In this document: positions 11,613-52,302 of the stretch, in pieces
How positions within the stretch are numbered: position 1 is the stretch's first letter
How the letters are laid out: each line of letters opens with the position of its first letter
DNA from: Chrysomallon squamiferum
Taxonomy: Eukaryota; Animalia; Mollusca
Assembly (NCBI GenBank): GCA_012295275.1
Contig: CM022665.1
Span: 6,448,001 to 6,512,000, forward strand
Reading direction: 5' to 3'
DNA length: 64,000 nt
Position numbers and translations under genes: made by a program
The notes under the pieces: generated by a model
Told to the model about the DNA's origin: nothing
The model's database searches: none
What the model saw: the letters and a program-made list of their open reading frames with translations, nothing else

Positions 11613-11793
11613 ATTTTTATGGTAGGGTTTTGGTGGGATTTTTAAAAAACACAAAAATAATACCATTTGATTCCACATTATGTTCTTTTTCTTCTAACTT
11701 CTCTAAGTTGCATGACTGACTCTTCTCCAGCTGATTAGAAAACTGACTCTTCAGGAGATCAAACATTGCCACTTTTTCATCCATTGTTGTCAT
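9694..11793 (-). CDS. tandem-CARD (2x caspase recruitment domain) protein, 359 aa; exons 11793-11664, 11511-11197, 10845-10519, 10001-9694
   Basis: A continuous spliced frame of 1080 nt with all introns phase 1 and GT-AG. Exons 2 and 3 each carry a CARD pattern (HKQILKDNLTILVENM.PDD....LISKDTLT...RKSDLAFTTLVESLKLTCQGHLADLLE; KQLINKQRPLLVSDMTPDE....VSQKILT...RRSDRAFQVLVESLKKTQQDHLSKLLE). Confidence 0.85.
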
Positions 11794-14058
11794 AGCTGAA
11801 TGTCAGTTGTTGTGTCCAAGAGATAAACAGTTAAACAGCAAAGCTGAGAAGGAATAATATTAGACTGTCTGCCATATTTAATCTTCTGAATGACTGTATG
11901 TTTCCCTTTGTCCCATTAAAAATTATCTAAAAACAGAAACATATATAACCTAGATTACTAAAAAAAAATACTAAAAAGATAGCATGAACAGATTTTTTAA
12001 TAGTAATGTTTAAAAGATGTTGGGTATCAAACTGATGCCTTTAAGGTTTACAATTTAAAGACTTTATTTTACATGAAACCATTATATGACGTTTTCTTCC
12101 ACAACACAACATCACAGATCTGTCAAATATATTAATTAATTTTCTTGGGGAAATCATTATTAACTATATGAATCATTAAATGTGTAACACTATGATTTAT
12201 TTATTTTCACTTACTAGTTACTGCTTGACTCAAAATTATTTTATTCATATTACTCAAAGAAATAAATATTTAGTCTAGCAGTCCAGTTCTATTTCTACTG
12301 TTCCAAGATTAATTAACTGGTTAATTTAATTAACTTAATCATAAAACATAATGATAATTAGAATAAATTATAATCATATGGTAATGGTAGGTATTCTTCA
12401 TGCATGATCATGATGTTGTTGATACATCATAGTTCATACGTTTAAGTTAGCTGACATCGATGCGTTCAACTATTATTATTATTTAAAACAAGTACTGACG
12501 CAATTAGAATTCATTCCAGTATTTGTTTTTGTTCATATAAAAAGAAAACTATACATGTTGGTCATCTTCCAGTTCTCCCCTGGTTCAGCGTCCCAAACAC
12601 AACTTCCGCTAATAGTTTCTTTTTTTATTTGTTTTCCACCAGTAACAATGCGAGAACCAATAAGCTTTGGTCTGTAAACATTACTTATGTATTAATTTAT
12701 AATAATAATAATAATAACAACAACACAAATAAATATCTAATATTATTTATAATAAAAAATTACATATAAAAGCAGCTTTCATGGAAAAAAATCACAATGA
12801 GGTAACCTGATGATAACGTGGATCTACAACCTCAGGAAAAACAAACCCGATTAATTCATGCGTCATTAACGGGATTAACTAGTTCAGTGTGAGCTGTCAT
12901 TCGATGATTAGATTGCAGGTTTCAAAAACACCCACTGAACAATCAATGGTGTATCAAAGGCCATTAGGAAAAAATGGGAAAGCATATATACATCATTCTT
13001 TTTTTACAACTGAACAAGAATCTTAGCAGTCTGTTTCACTTTCATTATTCGGTCCACAACAATATAGTTAACGATTAGCAGAGAGAAAAAGAAAACAAAA
13101 AGAGAATAAAAAAATGTTGATTTTGATAATAAAATTTATTTCCTTGCCAGAATAAAAGTCTTCTGTATCAGATAAGCTTTGAAGGAGAAACCTGCAAATG
13201 AACACTTTCAATAATTATTCTAGTAAAGCTGATGCCAAGTGCTTTTGTTGCAGATATTTTAGAATATAATTACTTTGTCTTACTCTGTTTGATTCCCACT
13301 TGTTGTGAACAAACTTTTTTTTTAATTGTATTTTCATACCAACTGTAATTATATTTTAAGTTTTTTAAGACTAGATAAATAAAAATTAGTTTTAAAATTA
13401 TGACATCAATGAAAAAAAATTGTAATTTGTCAAGATGTGAATTAAACTGCATAACATTCTAAACCTAACTGATTTGCTGGTTCTGAATAACTGATTGTAA
13501 TGCACTACTCATAAATGTTATATGATGTGGTATATTCAGATATGTGGGGGTAGAGAAGCAGAAAAATGTCAATCTTTTCAAAAACAAACTAAAATATGTA
13601 ATATGGCACAAACAGTTACAACAGAACAAACACTGTCAAAATTCATAACAGTATTTTATTAACATTTGCAACAATATGTATTTATTAAAATGTCAGATAC
13701 TATTATACATTTTCATTTTGGTAATAATTTATATTTATAGTGAATTCTTTATCATTCAGAAATATTGCAGTAAAACATGCACACTTTCAACTAAAGAATA
13801 ATGATAACTTTTTTTTAATTCTTAATGAATGAATTTCATTCAACAGATACATTTTTCTAAACTAATTAGCTTATTTAGATAAATGTATGCCCATGTTTAT
13901 TACTGTTAGAGTTAATACTAGTAAAGATGATCATTCAAAAACTGTCACTAAATGAATGAATGAATGTTTAACATCACAGATATCAGCACTCTTCTTTCTC
14001 TGCTTCTTTGTGGTTTAACCATAGGCATGATGTTAGGCTGAAATAAATCCAAGTTTTA

Positions 14059-16155
14059 TTAAATCTGATCATCAGATTCTCTTCCATTAGGAGTAAAGGC
14101 CTGGAGAAATTTTGTTTTTATGTGGCCGAATGTACACGTTGATACCTGTGAACAAAGAGGTAAGTCATATATCTTCGTAACCGTCACACTGTGAGGATCG
14201 AACATAAAGACATCAGGAGTAGCTGATGAGAAGTATCTACCTCCTATAAGATACACCTCAGTCCCAGTGTCAATACCATGAAACAATCTGTCCTTAGGGC
14301 TCAATTCTCCAACATCACCAGCCACTACAGGATCTCTACAGAAATCGGATACTTTTATCACCATTCCTCTAGGAGTTATAATGAAAACTGTTGTGCCTCT
14401 TCTGAAAGCAAAGGTATGTCTGTTCCCAGGACCTGATGATATCTCTTCAGGAAGATGTCCAATTACTTGGCAGTGCCCTGTTGTGCAGTTGAAAGACTGG
14501 ATATCTGGTACGCATTCACTGATTATGCGTACAGAATTATTACCTGTATACAGTGTTCGGCGCCAGATGCCCAGGTATATATAAATTGCATTTTCTGTTG
14601 TGACAAAGCTAAACTCAGTCACAGGGCAAATCAAGTCTCCCTTCTTGCACCATTCATCTGTTTCTGGGTCATATTCTTCAACAGTGGTCCATGTTTGGAG
14701 CAAATTTTCATTGATTCCACCAATCAGGTAAATACATGACCCACATGATACTAGTGTAAATTTAGTTCTCACTTGGCCAAGATTCTTACAGTTCTGCCAA
14801 ATACCAGTGTTTCCATTAAATCTACAGAGGGCTACTTCGTTTGCTGTTACACCTGCAATGTAAAGATCTTGACCAACAAAACACACTGACTCAGTTTCTT
14901 CCGGACCAAAAGGGCATTGTGCAACATTCATCAACTTTCTATCCCCCAAACTGACACAGTGTGGGTCAAGAACAATTTCATCATCGTTGAAGTCATCCAT
15001 GTCCACAAACCCAGCAGCTGGATAGATGATTATTACATCCTGCAATCGATCATAAAACCGCAGCCGGCTTGAAACATTATACTTTTCCACATTTAACATC
15101 ACTGATCTTAGTTCATTCAACAATGAACATAAACCTTCATCTCCTGACTGTTTCAGCTTTTCATTAAACAATTCCCATTCAGCTGCTGGAATCAGATCCA
15201 TTCTAACACAATCAAATATATTTTTTGCAGTGGTGGAATCAGTTTTGGTTATTCTGATCCAGTTTAAAGCTGCTTCGAGCACCAAACACTCACTGCTGAC
15301 ATTTATGTGTTCATCTGAAAGAATGGCTTTCAACTCATCTTCAGATAACTGAGAAAGATCTCCATTCAGTGCTATGGTTTTAAAATGTTGTACAATAAAT
15401 AATTTCACTTGTTGTGCTAGGTATGTGCATCCATAGAGTGGAGCCATCTGCCATAAAGACAAGCACGTTTCCAAAGATAAAATTTCATTTAAAATGAATT
15501 CTTCGCAAAGTTCTTGTAAACAAAGAACTTGGAGGAAGGATCCAACCTGCAAAATGTCTCTGACGTTTTCTTTGGTAAGATCAACCTTTCCTGAATACAT
15601 ATATTTGAGAACGGATTCAAACCATTCACTTCGAAGATCATGTAATTCTATAACCGACTGTGAACTCTCCTTCATTCCAGAAGCAAACATGCCCTCGAAG
15701 TATGGAGACATGGAAGACAGTATCACTTTATGGCAAGGAAAGTCATTTTGTTCAACTTTTATGATAACATCGGTAAACAGATTGCGTTCGAGTGCAGATA
15801 TCAAACCATTTGTCAATCGGCCAGCGTAACTGTAATTTTCGTTATCTTTTAAAGAATCTGGAAATAAATAAAATTACTAGATACTGCAGATATATAAAAT
15901 TACTAAATGTTAATTATATATGAAGGTTATCTGAAAATGAAATTAACAGATCAGTGTTATTTTTATTTTTCTTATTATTTTGTAACGTTCCTGCTTTCTT
16001 TTTAAATTTAAAATTATGTCTTGTGTATGTATGTGTGAGAAACAGAAAAAAAACAAAAATGTCTTAGAGTTTTACGTAATTAAATATTATATTCAATATC
16101 AAAACTGTGAATTAATAATATAACAGCAAACATAATTATATCAATTACCAGGCAT
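14059..16155 (-). CDS. BTB-BACK-Kelch (KLHL family) protein, 601 aa; exons 16155-16149 and 15857-14059
   Basis: BTB motif FTDVIIKVEQNDFPCHKVILSSMSPYFEGMFASGMKES, BACK motif (SSECLVLEAALNWI) and kelch repeats (IYLIGG...VEEYDPETDEW; VYLIGG). The start is ATGCCTG|gtaatt spliced in frame to ttccag|ATTCT (MPDSLKD...), 1806 nt in total. Confidence 0.92.
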
Positions 16156-16468
16156 AATGAATTTATAATATGACGGTTATAACCGTCCCTTTTGTTGATA
16201 CTAGTTACACTGGTTCTCTTCTGGTGTTCGCTGTATAAAGAACTAGGGAAGAGAAGTCGATAATTTGTAAACAATAAAGCGACGTCTACACTTCAAAAAT
16301 GATGTGAAACGTGGCTTTTTCCTTCTGCAACATATAATTATTTTTTAAATGTCAATCGACCGCCCCTACTGAAGATGATGACATTACCTGCAAGATAGTT
16401 GTACACTGTCAGCGGCCGTAGCCGACAATAAATATTTAAGACCTTATCACCTTTAAAAAAATAGGAAC
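16156..16468. promoter_or_regulatory. probable bidirectional promoter between the KLHL gene and GCN2
   Basis: Only 313 bp separate the divergent start codons. The stretch is CpG-rich relative to its surroundings and has a GC box ccgccc at about 16360. Confidence 0.7.
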
Positions 16469-43195
<26,727 letters not shown>

Positions 43196-44236
43196 ACATG
43201 ATGAAGACAAGAAGACTAGATGTCTTCATATCTAAATGTAAAACAAATCATTTTCTGGTTCTGAAAAAGGGACCAAATGCTCCAGACAGAAAAAGTGCTG
43301 CCATGTAATGTTCAAGATGTTTCATCATTTAAAAAAATAAATTTGGTTGGGAACAAAATAAATGAATGCCTACCAACATAGTTATATGCATAATATTCTT
43401 TCCAACTTACAGGCCAACATTACTTAAAATCCATTTTATCACTTATCTTTTTATGACATGTTAAAATACTGGCTTATATTTGGTACTTAGAAGGAAATCA
43501 CTGCAACATTAAATGCAAGGTTAATATTTTCACAGATGTATCATGAACTGTTCAGTGCTGTTTTTACATCAGATTTTACTGAATGAGAGATTTGCATGTT
43601 CTATTTTGATTTCAAATAATCCTTAATGTTTTAATGATTTAAAACAGAATGTTGTTTGACTGTTAAACAGTTACCACATTTTATTAATGTGTCTTTATAT
43701 TTCAGCTTCATAAGATAATCCTGTTTCATGTTCAGTTTACCATCCATACAAATATTTGTTATTTATCATCAGACGTTGCACAAATTGTTATTTAGGACCA
43801 AAGGCATCTTTACTGTTATTTCTAAATGTTGAAATCTATTAAAGAGAAAAAATAATAAAGGTGTTGTTTTCTTTTGAATAGATATATACTGTGGATCTGT
43901 ATTAGGTTTATGTTGTGAAAGTAAGAATGTTTGGAACAGCCAAATTTTATTCTTTATTTTGAATATTTCAGTGATTAAATACAAAAATTTGTGACATTTC
44001 TGTTCTTGTTGTTAATTTACAAGTTTAAACAACAAAGATCAATGAATTTCAAAGAAATAACTACTCCTCAGTGCTTGTTTTAACTTTATTATGAAAATGA
44101 ATGTACTCATGAGAAGTCTGTGAAACATTATTTGCTGGATTCTGAATATCAGAAGGAAACTAAAAACAATTATATTCATTACAATGTTATATGTTTCAAA
44201 AGTGATCCAAATACTAAGTCCAACGTCGGCATTAAA

Positions 44237-45658
44237 TTAATCTTTTTCAGCAATATGAACCAAATGTAGATCTATTTCTTCTTCTTTTAATGATCTGGAA
44301 GACAAAATTAAATATTTTACATACTCATTTGGCAACAAATATTTTCATTAATAACAGAACACCAGAGTATGAAATAAACACCAGCCTTGCATCAGAGAAT
44401 GCTAAGAGGTTTTTGGACTGATGATACTCAAACTAGTCCTGTGAATTTCAATGTGGAAAAACGCATGAGATGTAAAATTTTAGGAACTTCATAGCTATAT
44501 AGTTAATATCAAAAGCAGTCACCAAACATTACATTCTTGGACAAATTATTTGTTATCAGTTATTCCATATGTCTTGCCTACCTGAATTGTGGTTTTTCTT
44601 TTGTAACCATTCCAACTTCAATCTCTGAAGCCTTGAAATCTGCAGAAAGCACGGTTGACAAACAAGTGATGGCAATCTTAAAATAAAAAAATTCATTTTG
44701 TTCAGCCACCATGTACACCAGATACAATCCAAAATGAGTAAATACAGACATTTCATAAAGGCACAATAAAGAAAAGATATATTCTACTGTTTTAAAAAAA
44801 TACCATTTTCTTGTTTTTAAACAGTGATAAAAAAAAATGTAACAAAACTAAATTTCCTGTTTATTACTTTTGTATCTTTCAAAACGTACTAATATCTTTG
44901 CAATTCTTTAATATTCGAATGCTAGACTTCAAAAATCTCTACCTCAGCTGTTTCATTATAATTAAAGTCTTGTTTTTTCTTTATCTTCTTTTCAAGGAAA
45001 CTGTTGGCTTCTAGCTGTTTGACACCAGCTGATGTTGCTTTAAAACCACAATAATAACCAGCTGGGTCAGTTTTAAACACCTGAGGTCCAAATTCCTCAT
45101 CATATCCAATTAAAATCATACCTAAAAATAAAAATGGTGTTAAATCTTACATCAGCATCTGTTGACTTGGCCTCTTTATTCGCTGTTTATTAATTGACAT
45201 TTACCAATTTATAAATCAAAATCTTACTACTAATGATGAATGATTATGGTAATTTGTAACATTTTAAAACTGACTAATTTTATTTCAAACATTATGCAAA
45301 TGGTATACAGCAAAAAGTACATATTTTAAAACTGCACCTGCTAAATTAATTTTTAAATGAATAAATGTTTTAAAACAGTTCATAAGTGTCACAGGTTCTT
45401 TTATACACTATAGAAATTTATTTTTAACATCATTCTCATAATTAAAAAGAAAACTTACAGCACCCTAGAGGTCTCATCTCAGCACTCTGTGTATACACTT
45501 GATTGACATCTGCTATTCTCTTGCACAACATATCTAAAGGAATCTCGTAACCGTACGTGTATTTCCATTTTGAAGCCTCATAACGAGCCCTCTGAACTTG
45601 AGATCTACTGTCAGCTACAAAATAAACAGTTCTAACTAAGATATCAAACTAAATAAAA

Positions 45659-45694
<36 letters not shown>

Positions 45695-47126
45695 ATTTAT
45701 ATATTTCTGCTGTAATAATAAATTTCTAAAAAAAATATCATCTGGATTACTTTAAATCAATCAAACTATTGATCATTTACTTGTTAACTAAAATAGCCCA
45801 TGATTTGATATTTCAAAAAGGATTAAAATATAATTTGAATACATTTTTTCTTTTCTTTTTAACTATATCTCTTAAGAATAATGTAATATGTCATTTATCC
45901 AAAATAGTTGTTTTCTTTTATGGTTATCTGTTCTTTAACACATTTTTTTTTTGTGTGAATTATTTCTGACATTTTTTTTTTAATATGTTTTTTTTAATAT
46001 TATTTATTAGATAAAGAAATACCTATCATGCCAGTCATAACACAGCCAATGTTTTCTGTTAGCTGAAAGAGGTGGGTCACATCATCAGCATCTAACAACT
46101 TGTCCTGGAAAATATTAAATATAGATACATTATGTTAGCTGTAGCACACACACACAAACATTTAATATGTTTTATTATATTCAGAAACAATCATATTCTG
46201 TGAATACAGAAACCTTTACAAATTTATTTCATTAAAACACATTTTTTAATGCTTATATTATATATATATATATATAATAAATGATAGTTTCCCCCAAAAA
46301 AAATTAATACAGCATTTTCAACTATAATTTCCAGCTGTAACAAAATTCTTACAGGGACTTTTTTCTGAGTGACCACTACAGCACAGTCTTTCCCACGAAC
46401 TGCGACAGATGTCAAACCACCTTGATTTATTGCCTTGAAGGCATATTCTGTAAAAATAATAAAAAACAATTAAAAAATGAATTCAGTTTGAACAAAAATA
46501 CTGTTTTCATGTTAGAAGTCTATCTGTTAGTAGTGCTACAGTAATGTATTACAGATTTGATACATTTGATACAAATAAAGTTATACATCAGCTGATGTAA
46601 CATGTGAAGAAAGATAGTTTTAATATTAAATCGTCTATGAACTTAATGTTCCAGTACAGTTTGTTAATTGTAATATTAATTGCGTTTTATCTATCTACTG
46701 TTACACTGTACAGTAGCAAGGTATCACTTATAGTCATCTTCCTATAATACAATCACTGAATCAATCATTCAATGAATTTATAGAACGTTGCATGTTACAT
46801 TGTTGGCTGAAATATACCCAGCATGTACTGATACTGCATCAGCTTATGTCTGAAACTATTATTGCTTAAAATATGTTATGTATTCGACCACAAAAGAGAA
46901 AAATCAACAAAACAGTTTGATTCCTGCACAAAAACCTGGAACTCTGAAGTAAGTATTAAACTAGGATCTCAATTCTCAGAATTGAGGTATATTCACTAAA
47001 GCTTTTGTTATTTTCTTTAAGTCTATGTGCAGAAACAAAAAATGACATACCAACTTGATAGAGTCGACCTTCTGGGGAAAATATAGTAATATATCTGTCA
47101 AACCCAGCGCTGCTTCCACGAGTCAT
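44237..47126 (-). CDS. PSMA6: proteasome subunit alpha type-6, 246 aa; exons 47126-47051, 46447-46353, 46104-46023, 45614-45459, 45121-44943, 44676-44582, 44294-44237
   Basis: [46 protein letters not shown]...[11 protein letters not shown]...[12 protein letters not shown]...HIAEKD*. The exon lengths sum to 741 nt and all introns are GT-AG. Confidence 0.98.
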
Positions 47127-47155
47127 AGTTCTTAAAATCTAAAGATTATATGATT

Positions 47156-47199
47156 ATGACAAGGCAAAATAAGAACCGGTGGCGCTATGAACCGGAAGT
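47156..47199. promoter_or_regulatory. ARE (CNC/Nrf-sMaf site) and Ets site upstream of PSMA6
   Basis: ATGACAAGGCAAAAT at 47156 fits RTGACnnnGCA with an AT-rich flank. ACCGGAAGT lies at 47191-47199. Confidence 0.65.
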
Positions 47200-47623
47200 C
47201 AGTATAAATTTAATAACAGTATAAACTGAATAAGGATTAGTTTCTAAATCTTAACCGTACATTTTGTTCTTAAATGTTTTTAAATATATAAAACATATTA
47301 ATACAACCAAGTTAGCAAGATTTAAGCAGTGTAAACATTTATCTATAAAAACAGATGACAACACAGACGAAGTTGGATATTACTGGTAACCGACATTACA
47401 CATATTTTAGCTGCGACTACATTTTTTGAAAAAGTAAAACAAAACGAATGATTGATAGTAGTATCTTAATCTTCAGCAATTAAATATTTATACTCAACAT
47501 AAAAAGGTGGATTTTATTTTTAAGTAATTACTTTATATGTGTAAGCCTGTATCAAAGAAAACTTTCATTACTTGAATAAATAAGTGGTGCATGTGAAATA
47601 CACCTGGTTATATACCGTTAGAC

Positions 47624-47702
<79 letters not shown>

Positions 47703-50700
47703 TCACCTATCAACCATTAGTAATAAATTATTTAGGTCAGGTCAACACACATCCAAAATTCTTTGAAAACCAACCACTATTTATTTATTTTACTGGGAGG
47801 GTAGGATATTTTCTTGGTAACCTTTCCAGATAACTTTTACCAGCATGAATGATTTTGAATAAGGGATATTCAAAATATCCTGCAAATTTTGTTCTCCTTT
47901 TGTTGGTTCATAGAGAAAATGGAGCAAAATTACATTGTATTCAAAATACAAAAGACCATGCATTGGGGTAGGTGTCATGTTGTCGTTCTTCTTTTGAAAT
48001 TTCACAGTAGTCAGGTCAAATAAACGGAAGGCTTATTTAAAGAAACCTTTTATTTAAAAAAAAAATACATGGGTTTTTTTGCTCGTTTTTTTTTCAAATA
48101 TGTTTTAAAAACATCTTGATAAAGGGATGGCACTGAATTTCCTCTTATTTACCATCTTTAAATTTAGTCAATCAATAACCCAGATGACTGAGCCTGTAAT
48201 TAAAATGCTCTCTGCCAGTGCTCACATTGCTGAACTGTAACATTCTCTGTCCACTTAAAATAGAAACATGTAGATATAAACAGTAGTAACTGAAGAACAT
48301 CACAACAAAAGTCAATACATTGTTAAATTTATTTATTACACTGCTGTGTGTATGACTGTAAATGATGGAGAAAGACTTGTTGACAACTGTTTTGTATATC
48401 ATTTGTTGGTAATTCAAACCACAACTACTGAAACAGATTTCAAATATTAAACACAAATTATTTGATTCTATGTTGAATTAATGAAATGGTGCATTAATAA
48501 AATACAGACAAAAATATTTCTTAGCTGAAAAACAATTACAAACAAACATTTAGCTGAATTAAAAATATAAATTTAACAATTTCTCATGACTAGGTTAAGT
48601 ATTAGATTCACAAAAGATTTACAAACCAAACTGACAAAGTCCATACAAGAGTTGCAGTACTCAGATTTCTAAGTCTGATCTGACAAGTTACACAAAACTT
48701 AAAAATTAAAGCACACCAAAACTTTTTTTTTCACATTAATTTCATAAGCTCAGGTGTTTCACATTTAAACTGGTCAATGATTATCAATGACATTTAACTC
48801 CATTAATTAATTTTAACACTTGTACTTCAAAATCTTGCTAACAATTGTTTAACTAAATTAATTTGAAGATACCTGGCCATCTAAGATTAAAATAATGAAG
48901 ACACATTTATATTTTTATTCGTGTGGAGGCATTCATATGTGGTTCTCGGGGGGGGGGGGGAAGTGAAACATTTAATATATATCAGTAAGACAAGGGGGTA
49001 AAGTCTTTCTTTGGTTAAAAATATAATTAAGTAATTAATATATAAAACTACTAGTTGTGTTATTTCATTTATTAATGAAGATCAATAGTGTTAATAAATA
49101 ATTATTATTTTTTTTTTTTAAAGAAAAAAGAGAAGGTTTTGAAAATTTTAGAATGGGCAACAATAAACTTGAAAAAAAATTAGTGCTTTTTGTCATTTTC
49201 AGTTTATAATAAAAATCAAAATAAGGCTCAAGAATGACAATTAGCAAGATACTGAAACTGAAAATGTTGATCAAGACACTTAAAAATACATTTTATTTTT
49301 TTTTAAATGTGGTTACAAGTGTTGATTGTGAAAGTTTGTCTCATAAGCACTTATATTAATAAACCGATTATATTAAACAAGAGTATTAAGTTATAAAACA
49401 AAACCTCAAATATATTAAGAGGAAAACTATTTATCATAAGTATTCATGAATAAATAGATTAAATTATAATAGTATTAATCAATATAATATAACTAAAATT
49501 CAGATAATCATAATTACAAATTTAGTATATAGTAAAAAGTTTAGTAAAATTTTGAAGATTTTAAAATTTTAATCCATATTTTTAATTTATTGTTTTTAAT
49601 TCTCTTTAAAAAAAAAAAAAAAAAAAAAACCCAGAATTTTGATATATAATCATACAATTATAAATCTGTTATTTTGTTAGTATACATAAAAGATATAAAA
49701 ATTAATTGAGAATACAACACAGGTACATCTCTTTAACAAGATAAGTTAGGTTATCTTTACTAAAAGATATTTGTGAAATGTAAAGTCCTCAGTTCTGACC
49801 ACTACAGAAAGGCAAGTGAAAAACTTTAAGACATTATATACATATAAAATTTTTAAAATACATTTCAGACACAGGTAAATATTAACTACTTTTATAATTT
49901 AACATTTTTAACTAAAATGTAAAATGAAGCAATTTGTCAGTATACAAATTCAAGGTACACAACATCTGTATTTTGATTTTTACTGAACTGACCACATTAC
50001 TTCCCCCATTTTAATATAAAGCTGTATCAGAGTGGTAACAATTTGATACACATTTTAATAAAGGTGTAATGAATGTCATAATGAAAGTATTACAGATACA
50101 ATAACATTTAACATACATACAGTAACACTGAAACAGCTACAGCTGGCTGTGTCAGTTAAGTCTTGTTCAATGAACTCTCATTGGCAATGAGATGTTATTT
50201 ATTCATCTCATAAATAATAATTAGTTTATTTGCCTAAAATGTTAACCCAATTACTTAGTTATACGATATAACCTACAACTACAGTACATATTTATCAATG
50301 ATCATAAGCAGCATGGATTTCATTACCTAATTTTAAAAATATTTTGTTACATTTCTTCATCCCCAACTAAACAGTTGAGATTATTTTTAATAATTCCCAA
50401 ATACCAATACCAAAGACAACACACCAATCATTATTTTTCTTTTAGAATCAAAAAAATAAAAACAAAACAAAAAAAGATGGAAAAAAACTAAAAAAAACCA
50501 ACTAAAAATCTAGTTATAAGCTATTTAAAATATATAATTTCAAATGGTTCAACTAATTACACTTGATGTTAATACAATAAAAATTTACCAAAAGAAAGGT
50601 ATTATAAGTAATCTGTGACAAAATAATTCCTATCTTTTGTTGTTTTCAATATAAATAAATTTACATTCAGCATTAAAAGATTAATATTTATACTGAATAT

Positions 50701-50890
50701 GATTAATATGTATTGTAAATATGATTGTCTAATCTTGGAATTTCACAATTACCAAAATATAGTTTGTATGAATCTATCACTAAATATGCAGAGCTAAATA
50801 CTTGAAATGTCAACAGTATCAAGAGGAGACAACCCAATGTAGAGGACAAATACAATTTTAATTACCAGAAAAAAAGTAATAATAAAAAAA

Positions 50891-51002
<112 letters not shown>

Positions 51003-52302
51003 TTTTAAAATTAAGTATTTAGCTTATATGAATAATGTAAAAATATTAACCAGAATTAAGTTATTACAATCTAAATAAAAGGATTTAATCTTGGTTAATG
51101 CATTACATACATACGTATGTGGGTCTGCACCAGAAATCCATGCTGCCTAAAAATTAAAATGGTATCTCAGATTCAATTTGAACCATAACCTGAACACTGA
51201 ATATGCATTTAGCAACATGCCTATGTACAACATGGCTGCACTTCATCAACCAATATAATGCTAAACACTAACTATAAAATACTGAAATAGTTTAGTAGTT
51301 CTATAATTACAAAAATTTCCATTAAATGCAAACTGTACATGTGAACGATCTGGCAGTCTAAGAATATGCAACACAGTGTGAGGTGGCACAACACAACATT
51401 AAATCACCTTCCTCAACTTGCACACTGTCAAATTTGCTTACTCAGTTGTGGGTTATTTTTTATCTCCCCATTCACAGACCCAGTGAAAACATATAGCATT
51501 TAATGATACATATCTTAATTTTAGTTGATACAACAAAATCTTTGTTTTTACGTGAGCTGTGAAAGATTTATTACATCTGGCGCACATAGCAATGAAGTAA
51601 AATGTGTTCTGCTTTATTGGTCTGTAAGTTTACTCATTTTGGCACTATCTACACAATACATTCCACTATTATATTGGTCCGTATTTGTTAATCAGTTATG
51701 AACAAATATTCTGAACTGTACAGTTACTGAGGCAATCATTGCTACAAAATAATGTTTTAACTGCAATGAATTGCCCTGTTATTAATAAATTTAGCATTTT
51801 AAATAAACTTTAATAATATATATTTTTAGTCTTTAATAAATAAATTACGTCCACATACACAGTAATTGTGTAATATATTTAATTCAGTTTAATGCCTTCG
51901 CATTACATGATTTTCATTGAAGGATGTAAAAATGTAATTATATCAGTAATTAGAATAGATGTTACTTCTTGGGAGTTAGGTCTTGTTTTATATCTTATTT
52001 TCCACTGTTTTGTATACTTCTAAAAGTAAACAAATTACAACTGTACTGCATATTTGACATTTTTAATTTGCTAAATTAATAATTTATCTATTGCTGTATT
52101 AAAAGTCTTTTAACACCAGATGTTGCCTTCATCAGTGATACATACAAAGGTCATAACTGTCTCTCTGTGAATAATGGTATTCCATAAAATAAGCAATGTA
52201 ACTCAGTCCTGGAACAAATATAGTGAACATTTTTGTCTGCTCACTGTTTCTTCACGTTCCATTGTGATCTCCCTGTGAGTAATTCTATCTGCACGACTAC
52301 CA

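Noticed and set aside
12500-13100. IRF/ISRE-like GAAANNGAAA motifs upstream of the CARD gene
   Set aside because: Expected by chance in A-rich sequence. Only an Ets-like GCGGAAGT at about 12602 stands out, and it is not immune-specific.
14381-15829. Plus-strand ORFs of 67-111 aa
   Set aside because: Antisense shadows of the BTB-Kelch exon.
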